64,000 nucleotides of DNA from an uncultured Brevinematales bacterium (GTDB taxonomy: Bacteria; Spirochaetota; Brevinematia; Brevinematales; CAZQBT01): contig CAZQBT010000005.1 of the NCBI GenBank assembly GCA_964591955.1, positions 6,192-70,191 of the forward strand. The letters run 5' to 3'. Shown here piece after piece: positions 46,278 to 52,998 of this stretch. Made by a program: the position numbers and the translations under genes. Under the pieces are notes generated by a model. It was not told the origin of the DNA. It did not search any database and saw only the letters and a program-made list of their open reading frames with translations. Position 1 is the stretch's first letter; each line of letters begins with the position of its first letter.

Positions 46278-47411
46278 TCAAATATTATCTACCAAAAATG
46301 AGGCTATATCATCAGAGCCGCTTTTTAGCCCGAGATTTTTTATATTTTGCTTATAGCGGGTTATTATATCGCTACTCAGGATTGTATCCAAAACCCCGAA
46401 AAAATTTTTCTCCGAAGGCGCATACCATCCCACTCCCTTTCGGATAGAAAAATCGACATTGGGTTTTTCCGCCTGATTAGCGTATTCGGTAAAAATAACC
46501 GGCGCATCCATAAGCAACGCCTCAAGCGTAGTCGATGCCCCCGCTTTGGCTATACAAAAATCCGAGATACTTAAAAGCTCGTTCATATTATCCACAAACC
46601 CCAAAGGGATAAGATTTGTCTGCGAAGGAAGCGAGTTTTTGAGCTTTTCAAGCCCGTCTTTAAGAGTATCATTACGCCCGCAAACCGCGATAACATTAAA
46701 CGGAAGCCCGCGCCTGTAAATAGTCTCAACAAAGCCTCCGATTTTACCGATACCCTGACCTCCCCCGCTTGAAAGCACTGTAAGTTTCGATTTGTCGATA
46801 TTGTATTTTTTCATAATCTCATCTTTAGAACGGTTCAACTTGAGAAATTTGTTGTTTATGGGAAAATCGAAAATCCTGATTTTGTCCGCAGGCACACCAT
46901 GCCTCATTGCCCGTTTTTTAGCAAGTTCCGAAGCCACAATAATATAATCCGCCTTCTTTTCACACCAGAACGAATATGCCTGAAACGGGTCGGTTATCAT
47001 CCCGATAACCTTTGCCGGAAGCGAAAGCCTGTCCCGAACAATCCTCGATACCTGCAACGCGAAATAGTGCGAGGAGAAAATCAAGTCGGGTTCGTAATCC
47101 GCAACATAATCCGCCATCTTGGACAGTAGTTTTTTGTGAAACACGGGGATATATGCCCGCGTCAAAGGATGGAGCAACTCGCCCATTATATAGGAGGTCA
47201 AAGCAAAACCCCTATGAGCAAGCGAGTAATCCCAGAACCCCTTGAAAAATTTGTCTTCTTTTAAAGCGCCGACCTCGCGCGCAAAGTCTATAACGTCTAT
47301 TTGATACTTCCCGGGGTGCATTGCCTCAATAGAGTCCCTCACCGCAATAGCCGGCATCTTATGTCCCGCCCCCGCCTCAAGTATAGGCATTAAAATCTTT
47401 TTTTTATCCAA
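46278..47411 (-). CDS. Monoglycosyl-diacylglycerol (MGDG) synthase-like glycosyltransferase (GT28)
   Basis: KKILMPILEAGAGHKMPAIAV... N-terminus and a C-terminal ...CIAKAGASTTLEALLMDAPVIF... GT-B motif. Apparent TTG start with GGAGG 6 nt upstream. Confidence 0.72.
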   Translation of the reverse strand: MDKKKILMPILEAGAGHKMPAIAVRDSIEAMHPGKYQIDVIDFAREVGALKEDKFFKGFWDYSLAHRGFALTSYIMGELLHPLTRAYIPVFHKKLLSKMADYVADYEPDLIFSSHYFALQVSRIVRDRLSLPAKVIGMITDPFQAYSFWCEKKADYIIVASELAKKRAMRHGVPADKIRIFDFPINNKFLKLNRSKDEIMKKYNIDKSKLTVLSSGGGQGIGKIGGFVETIYRRGLPFNVIAVCGRNDTLKDGLEKLKNSLPSQTNLIPLGFVDNMNELLSISDFCIAKAGASTTLEALLMDAPVIFTEYANQAEKPNVDFSIRKGVGWYAPSEKNFFGVLDTILSSDIITRYKQNIKNLGLKSGSDDIASFLVDNI

Positions 47412-47447
47412 GGGAAGCCTCCGCAGATTAAGAAATAGGCACGCATT

Positions 47448-47475
47448 ATTGTAAATTACAGGTGGTTTTTGTCAA
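47448..47475 (-). promoter_or_regulatory. Sigma-70-type promoter of the glycosyltransferase gene
   Basis: Minus strand: TTGACA (47475-47470), 16-nt spacer, TACAAT (47453-47448). Confidence 0.45.
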
Positions 47476-47535
47476 CAGGCTAATTGCTTTCAGAGTGAAA
47501 TACATTATTTGCGAAAGACAACCCCATTGAGAGGA

Positions 47536-48519
47536 TTAAGGAATCTCCACGTTGTTTAAAACCTGTTCAACAATATTTTCGCTTGTAAGCCCCTCGGCTT
47601 CCGCCTCAAACGACAGGATAAGACGGTGGCGAAGAATATCATACGCGACCTCTTTAACGTCTTCCGGGTAAACATAACCTCTTCCGTCAAAAAACGCCCC
47701 GGCACGAACCGCTCTTATGAAATTAATCGAGGCGCGCGGCGATGCACCGTATTTAAGATAGCCCTTGCTTATACCGAACTCTTCGGGGTTACGGGTGGCA
47801 TAGACTATATTTACGATATAGTCTATAATTTTATCATCGACATAAACGGTAGCAACAAAATTCTGCAAGTCGATCATATCCCGCGAACCGGCGACTTTTA
47901 CCGGTTTCGGGTATTCAAGCCCTCCCATCCGCGTAATAATAATTTTTTCCTCGTCGCGGTTTGGATAATCAACCTTGAATTTCATAAAGAAACGGTCAAC
48001 CTCCGCCTCGGGCAATGGATAAGTGCCTTCCTGCTCGATAGGATTTTGAGTAGCCATAACGAAAAACGGAGCGGGAAGCGGATAAGTCTCATCGCCGATA
48101 GTAACGGTTTTCTCCTGCATAGCCTCAAGAAGCGCCGACTGGACTTTTGCAGGCGCGCGGTTAATCTCATCGGCAAGTATAAAATTAGAAAACACAGGAC
48201 CCTTTTTCGTATCGAAAGCTCCTTTATTCTGGTTGTAAATCAGGGTGCCTCGTATGTCGGCGGGGAGCATATCGGGGGTAAATTGTATCCTGTGGAAATC
48301 CATATCAAGGATTTGCGACAGGGTCGAAATAGCGAGAGTTTTTGCAAGCCCGGGAACCCCCTCAAGAAGGATATGGCCTCCGGTGATTATAGCCGACATC
48401 ATACGGTAAAACAGCTTCTCCTGCCCTACTATTACCGTGTCGTATTGCTCCTTGATTTTTTCGACTATACGAATTTTCTCTTTTGCGGTTTCGTTAAGTT
48501 TAGCGATTGTCTCGTCCAT
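47536..48519 (-). CDS. moxR: MoxR-family AAA+ ATPase
   Basis: GHILLEGVPGLAKT (Walker A), ILADEINRA (Walker B) and VMATQNPIEQEGTYPLPEAEVDRF are AAA_3/MoxR hallmarks. Confidence 0.9.
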   Translation of the reverse strand: MDETIAKLNETAKEKIRIVEKIKEQYDTVIVGQEKLFYRMMSAIITGGHILLEGVPGLAKTLAISTLSQILDMDFHRIQFTPDMLPADIRGTLIYNQNKGAFDTKKGPVFSNFILADEINRAPAKVQSALLEAMQEKTVTIGDETYPLPAPFFVMATQNPIEQEGTYPLPEAEVDRFFMKFKVDYPNRDEEKIIITRMGGLEYPKPVKVAGSRDMIDLQNFVATVYVDDKIIDYIVNIVYATRNPEEFGISKGYLKYGASPRASINFIRAVRAGAFFDGRGYVYPEDVKEVAYDILRHRLILSFEAEAEGLTSENIVEQVLNNVEIP

Positions 48520-48631
48520 ATTTCCTCCGATATAAGTATAGACTATATTTTACACTAAAATCGGCTATAAGTAAAACAAAGCCTATGAAAATAATCAGGC
48601 TGAAAAAGCGGGGAGGGATATAAATTAAGCC

Positions 48632-48659
48632 TTGACAATTTATCAACACACGATAATAT
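48632..48659 (+). promoter_or_regulatory. Sigma-70-type promoter upstream of the ICMT-family gene
   Basis: TTGACA (48632-48637), 16-nt spacer, TAATAT (48654-48659). ATG at 48683. Confidence 0.4.
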
Positions 48660-48682
48660 AATCGGATAGTTAAGGAGTAACG

Positions 48683-49198
48683 ATGTCGCGACCGCCCGAA
48701 ATATCCCATATTTTTTCGATACTCGCTTTGCCGTTTAACGTAATAGTAACCGCTCCCGTTATAATATCGGTTTTAGATAAAAACTCTAAGTTCGGATGGG
48801 GATTAAGTCCGGCGTTTAAAATCGCACTTTTTATTGCCGGCGGGGTCTTAATAGTAGCAGGGATGTGTCTATTGATTATAACTATCGGGATGTTTATCCG
48901 AATTGGAAAGGGGACTCTCGCGCCGTGGAACCCAACCCGAAAACTTGTCGTTACGGGACCATATCGCTACGTCCGCAACCCTATGATAAGCGGCGTGATT
49001 TTTATACTTATCGGCGAAACTATGATAATCGGCTCGGTATATCTTGTCGTTATGGCGGGCGTATTTTTTGCGGTAAATCATCTGTATTTTATCTTTGTAG
49101 AGGAGCCGGGTTTGATTAAGCGGTTCGGAGAGGAATATAGGGTTTACAAGAAAAATGTCGGGCGATGGTTACCGCGATTTACGCCGTGGGAAAAATAA
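48683..49198 (+). CDS. Isoprenylcysteine carboxyl methyltransferase (ICMT)/phospholipid methyltransferase family membrane protein
   Basis: Multi-TM protein with LVVTGPYRYVRNPMISGVIF..., matching the ICMT-family G-x-Y-x-x-x-R-(N/H)-P-x-Y motif region. Confidence 0.7.
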   Translation: MSRPPEISHIFSILALPFNVIVTAPVIISVLDKNSKFGWGLSPAFKIALFIAGGVLIVAGMCLLIITIGMFIRIGKGTLAPWNPTRKLVVTGPYRYVRNPMISGVIFILIGETMIIGSVYLVVMAGVFFAVNHLYFIFVEEPGLIKRFGEEYRVYKKNVGRWLPRFTPWEK

Positions 49199-49204
49199 TG
49201 CGGT

Positions 49205-49867
49205 TTAGTAAAAATGATTAGCCGCTTTAACCATCCTGTCCATAATAGACAAAGCCTTGTCTTTGTCGATAAATTTTGCGGTCTCATTCCATTTGATACC
49301 ATAGTCTTCTATAAAAAAATTGTCGCGTCCCTGAAATAATTCAATAAGCGCCGACTGCAACCTCGTGTCGGACAAAAAAACCTTTATCTGCTCTTTTTTC
49401 TTACCGCTTACGGAAATCAGTTTTTCCAAGATTGGATTATGCGGCACGTTTACAAAAAATTTCTTGAATAACTTTTTACCGAAATTTGTAAAAAAATCAG
49501 CCCTCTTTATTTTCATATCATAATCATACCTTTTTTTAAAAGGCAAAAAAATGTTCATTAACTCGACGGAATGATTAGAACCGCTTTTTTGGGTTGACCG
49601 ATAGATGTAAAAATCATAATCCTGATATTTGCCCGAAATAATACCTATAAACATCTGTGAAATCATTTTTTTCCAGAATGGAGTTTCAAGCAACTTTATA
49701 AAGCTGTGTATATCTTTTGCCCCTAAGTGCCTGCCTAAAATTATATAGCCAAGCGAATCGGCATTCCCGGTAAACGCCTCAACTCCCGGCTTAAACGTCA
49801 TACCTAATTCGGATGCAAGTCTCTGCCACGTTTGCACATCATCCTTTCTAATAAATATTCCTCTCAT
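49205..49867 (-). CDS. Hypothetical protein
   Basis: 220-aa ORF, Lys/Phe-rich. No family recognised. Confidence 0.4.
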   Translation of the reverse strand: MRGIFIRKDDVQTWQRLASELGMTFKPGVEAFTGNADSLGYIILGRHLGAKDIHSFIKLLETPFWKKMISQMFIGIISGKYQDYDFYIYRSTQKSGSNHSVELMNIFLPFKKRYDYDMKIKRADFFTNFGKKLFKKFFVNVPHNPILEKLISVSGKKKEQIKVFLSDTRLQSALIELFQGRDNFFIEDYGIKWNETAKFIDKDKALSIMDRMVKAANHFY

Positions 49868-49973
49868 ATCAATCCCCCTGTCTTTTAATAATTATAACAA
49901 AACGCGCGGGCAATATCAAATATCCTTCAGCTAAAAACGGAAAAAATTAATTTGAAAAAATCCGCCTTTAAAC

Positions 49974-50041
49974 TTGACAAAACCTGTCGGATTATATATT
50001 ATATACTATCAAGTCTATGGAGATAGTATTATATAGGAGGA
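49974..50041 (+). promoter_or_regulatory. Promoter, inverted-repeat operator and leader of the DsrE-like/TusA operon (copy 1 of a duplicated control region)
   Basis: TTGACA 49974-49979; -10 TATTAT 49997-50002. Perfect 8-bp inverted repeat ATACTATC (50003-50010) / GATAGTAT (50022-50029). AGGAGGAG RBS; ATG 50045. 63 of 77 nt are identical to 52925-53001 (hand alignment, no gaps). Confidence 0.55.
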
Positions 50042-50044
50042 GAT

Positions 50045-50524
50045 ATGAACGGGAAAAAATTATCAATAATAGCTTTCAGCGGGGATTTCGATAAAGCAAT
50101 CGCCGCGTTCACATTGGCAACAGGCGCAGCCGCGGTCGGCTATGAGGTCAATCTCTTTTTTACTTTTTGGGGTTTCAACATAATCAAGCGTAAAAAGGGG
50201 AGAAGGTTTACAGGCAAGGGATTTATGGCGAGGATGTTTAACTTCCTTATGGGCGGATTTCGCAACCTCCCTCTAAGCAGGTTGAATTTCGTGGGAGCAA
50301 GCCCCCGCCTTATGACAGGCCTTATGAAAAAACGCAACGTCGCTACATTAAAAGAGCTTGTATCATCGGCTGTCCAACTCGGCGTAAATTTCTACGCCTG
50401 TGAGATGTCTATGGTGATACTCGGATTAAAACTTGAGGATTTAATCCCGGAAATAAAACCAGACATTCTCGGTGTCGCAAAGTTTCTTGAGATTTCCGAC
50501 GGAGGCGAGACCTTATTTATCTAA
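50045..50524 (+). CDS. DsrE/DsrF/DrsH-like (DrsE_2) family protein
   Basis: KKLSIIAFSGDFDKAIAAFTLATGAAAVGYEVNLFFTFWGFNIIKRKK...NFYACEMS... matches my recollection of the DrsE_2 family, including the conserved Cys in ACEMS. Confidence 0.7.
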   Translation: MNGKKLSIIAFSGDFDKAIAAFTLATGAAAVGYEVNLFFTFWGFNIIKRKKGRRFTGKGFMARMFNFLMGGFRNLPLSRLNFVGASPRLMTGLMKKRNVATLKELVSSAVQLGVNFYACEMSMVILGLKLEDLIPEIKPDILGVAKFLEISDGGETLFI

Positions 50525-50537
50525 AACGGAGGACACT

Positions 50538-50762
50538 ATGAAACAATACAAATTGGATATAACATCGGAACACTGCCCGATGACTTTTGTCAAAACGAGA
50601 ATCGAATTGGATAAATTGCAGGACGGCGACCGCCTTGAGGTTATCCTGCGCGAGGGTGAACCGTTGGATAATGTCCCTAAAGCGGCTAAAGAACAGGGTT
50701 ATCGCGTGTTGAAGGTATATCATATAGATAAGGACATACACGGCATCCTGATAGAAAAGTAG
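50538..50762 (+). CDS. TusA/SirA-like sulfurtransferase
   Basis: 74 aa. MKQYKLDITSEHCPMTFVKTRIELDKLQDGDRLEVILREGEPLDNVPKAAKEQGYRV carries the active-site CP-x-P/T motif and the TusA fold pattern. GGAGG 6 nt upstream of ATG 50538. Confidence 0.85.
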   Translation: MKQYKLDITSEHCPMTFVKTRIELDKLQDGDRLEVILREGEPLDNVPKAAKEQGYRVLKVYHIDKDIHGILIEK

Positions 50763-50867
50763 TATCAAGCAATCGGCTGTTTAATTTTATATTGCGGAAT
50801 GGGGAAATGCCGTAATTCTACGATATTCACAGGCAACAACCCTTCCCGTCAATCACGCAAAATACCG

Positions 50868-50903
50868 GCGGGGCGCTCTTAAAAATTAGCTTCAGCGCCC
50901 CGC
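50868..50903 (+). terminator. GC-rich hairpin after the DsrE-like/TusA operon
   Basis: GCGGGGCGCT (50868-50877) pairs with AGCGCCCCGC (50894-50903): 10-bp stem, 16-nt loop. No clear U-tract. Confidence 0.45.
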
Positions 50904-50949
50904 TCTCCTCTAAAAAATCAAACCCTATTTAAAAAAAATTCATTCATAC

Positions 50950-50978
50950 TTGACTTGTAGGATTAAATATGATAGAAT
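50950..50978 (+). promoter_or_regulatory. Sigma-70-type promoter of the porin / FMN-binding protein genes
   Basis: TTGACT (50950-50955), 17-nt spacer, TAGAAT (50973-50978). AGGAGG RBS; ATG 51022. Confidence 0.45.
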
Positions 50979-51021
50979 AGACTAACTTTATTTGTTTAGA
51001 CTAAAAAACAGGAGGTCATAT

Positions 51022-52161
51022 ATGCAGAAGCATATTATTTTTTGGTTCGCGCTGGCTCTAATGACGGCAAGTTTTGTCCCGTTATCGGCGCAAAGTTCGG
51101 ATAATATCGGGCTTGAGGATGAGGATTTCGCCTATTCTTCATCTCAAGGCGTTCATCTCGGCGGTTACGGTGAACTTCACTATAACTACAAATCAACCGA
51201 AACCGGAGAGGTATCTTCGGTTTTCGATTTCCACCGTTTCGTGATTTTTTTCGGCTACACTTTTAATGAACAGTGGTCGATGTTTTCCGAAATTGAGATT
51301 GAGCATAATTTTGTGCAGGACGGTCAGGGTTATCTTGCCTTGGAGCAGGCTTATCTCGCATACCAGCCGTTTGACTGGATGGGTTTTCAGGTCGGCGTTC
51401 TTTTGCCGAGTGTCGGGATAATAAACGAAACTCACGAACCCCCTACTTTCCTGTCGGTCGAACGCCCTATCTACTCAAGAAACATTATCCCAACCACATG
51501 GTATGGTAACGGCGTAAGTGTTTACGGTAACATTTCGGGACTACAATACCGTCTTGTTGCTATGGAGGGATTGGACGGGTCTAAATTCAACAAGCAGACC
51601 GGTATCCGCTCCGGACGGGGAAGAGGATTCTATCACTTTGATAATGCAAAATACCTTTTGTATAATCTCGCCCTGGACTATACCGGTATCAGCGGTTTGC
51701 GTATCGGCGGCTCGGCTACATATAATAACTCATTAGTAGAAACGGACGGGATTAACGATATTAATAATCCCATACTCCTGCTTGAATCACATATCCAATT
51801 CAAGTTTAGGGGGCTTATTACAACCTTTGAGTTCGGACACATAAGCTACGGCAACCCCGATGTTTTGGATTTGCAAGCCTCTTTCGGCTATTATCTTGAG
51901 GCGGGATATAATATAGGTTATCTTTTCGGATGGCGCGCACAGCTAATCCCGTTTGTCAGATGGAGTCATATCGACACCGCTTGGAAAACTTACAGCGGAA
52001 CGGACGAAGGACAAAAAAGACTGAAACTTATGGGAGGTATCAGCTTCTTGCCTATAGAAAATATTTCTCTAAAAATTGATTTCGCAAACGAAATAAAAGG
52101 CTCGTCCCCGAATACTTCCCAAACTTTCCTTTTGAATATCGGTATGGGTTATATGATTTAA
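51022..52161 (+). CDS. Outer-membrane porin-like beta-barrel protein
   Basis: Signal peptide MQKHIIFWFALALMTASFVPLSAQ. GGYGELHYNY...FDFHRFVIFFGYTF...FSEIEIEH... plus alternating beta-strand pattern, as in OprO/P-like or uncharacterised anion porins. Start set to ATG 51022 (the track start is a TTG). Confidence 0.5.
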   Translation: MQKHIIFWFALALMTASFVPLSAQSSDNIGLEDEDFAYSSSQGVHLGGYGELHYNYKSTETGEVSSVFDFHRFVIFFGYTFNEQWSMFSEIEIEHNFVQDGQGYLALEQAYLAYQPFDWMGFQVGVLLPSVGIINETHEPPTFLSVERPIYSRNIIPTTWYGNGVSVYGNISGLQYRLVAMEGLDGSKFNKQTGIRSGRGRGFYHFDNAKYLLYNLALDYTGISGLRIGGSATYNNSLVETDGINDINNPILLLESHIQFKFRGLITTFEFGHISYGNPDVLDLQASFGYYLEAGYNIGYLFGWRAQLIPFVRWSHIDTAWKTYSGTDEGQKRLKLMGGISFLPIENISLKIDFANEIKGSSPNTSQTFLLNIGMGYMI

Positions 52162-52190
52162 CCCGTTTTGACACCGTTATTTCCTCCGAT

Positions 52191-52233
52191 GTAACCGCAC
52201 TACCCGCTTTTAACGGCGAAAAGGTGCGGTTAC
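52191..52233 (+). other. 10-bp perfect stem-loop in the porin / FMN-binding intergenic region
   Basis: GTAACCGCAC (52191-52200) pairs with GTGCGGTTAC (52224-52233); 23-nt loop. Not followed by a U-tract. Confidence 0.35.
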
Positions 52234-52282
52234 AAACGGAGTATTTATGAAGTCTCAAATTTATAATTTACGGAGAATAACT

Positions 52283-52813
52283 ATGAAAAGAATTTCCTTA
52301 GCAATAATGATAACCTGTTTTGCATCTGTTCCATCGTGGGCTTCCATAAACAGAGAAGCGAGAAAAGCGATAACCGAAAGCGTATCCGAAAACGCGGAGG
52401 TCGGTTTTAAAAAAACATATATCGGCGACGATTTAAAAACACTAATTGAAACAAAATCCCAATCAAGTTTCCTGCAAAACTATATATATTTCAGTCCGGT
52501 TACTTTGGATGGCGTTATAGTAAACTATGCGATAATCGACAGCGCAATGGAAAGAACCGCCCCGTTTACATTTCTTGTCCTGTTTACTCCCGACTTGAAA
52601 ATCCGAAACGTAACGGTAATCCGTTATATATCCCGCTACGGAAGCGGTATCCGCGATTCACGATGGCTTAAACAGTTTGAGGGCAAAACCGCCGGTTCGG
52701 GTTTTCGTCTTAACAGTAACATAGATTCCATTAGCGGCGCTACAATCTCCGCACGCTCAATCGCCGATGCATTGGAAAGACTCTCGCTTTTAATCCCGCA
52801 TCTGGTAAAATAA
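52283..52813 (+). CDS. Periplasmic FMN-binding domain protein (NqrC/RnfG/NosR-type FMN_bind)
   Basis: Signal peptide MKRISLAIMITCFASVPSWA. C-terminal ...WLKQFEGKT...NIDSISGATISARSI contains the S-G-A-T motif whose Thr is the flavinylation site in this domain family. Confidence 0.7.
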   Translation: MKRISLAIMITCFASVPSWASINREARKAITESVSENAEVGFKKTYIGDDLKTLIETKSQSSFLQNYIYFSPVTLDGVIVNYAIIDSAMERTAPFTFLVLFTPDLKIRNVTVIRYISRYGSGIRDSRWLKQFEGKTAGSGFRLNSNIDSISGATISARSIADALERLSLLIPHLVK

Positions 52814-52927
52814 AATTTGCCTGTATAATTTTTTCCTCAATCCGTTATATGCAATATTCCCGTTTTCTATACGCTTATCCAAAATATATTCAGCTTGATT
52901 TTTTTTTTCAAAAGCACAACTTAAAAC

Positions 52928-52995
52928 TTGACAAAAACTATCTGATTATGTATAATATACTATCAATACTACGGTAATAATAGTATTTAGGAGGA
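52928..52995 (+). promoter_or_regulatory. Promoter, inverted repeat and leader of the ThiS-MetY operon (copy 2 of the duplicated control region)
   Basis: TTGACA 52928-52933, 17-nt spacer, TATAAT 52951-52956. ATACTATC 52957-52964, with its partial complement ATAGTAT at 52980-52986. AGGAGGAG RBS; ATG 52999. The distance from -35 to ATG is the same as in copy 1 (71 nt). Confidence 0.55.
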
Positions 52996-52998
52996 GTT

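Noticed and set aside
47626-48558. 310-aa ORF on the + strand
   Set aside because: It is entirely antisense to the MoxR AAA+ gene, whose motifs are unambiguous. Its composition (R/K/F/I-rich, no motifs) is typical of a shadow frame.
49997-50044. Riboswitch (for example SAM or another sulfur-metabolite class) in the shared leader of the two sulfur operons
   Set aside because: From the predicted -10 to the ATG, only about 35-40 nt would be transcribed. That is far shorter than any riboswitch aptamer I know, and no conserved riboswitch core is seen. A DNA operator or a simple 5' hairpin is more plausible.
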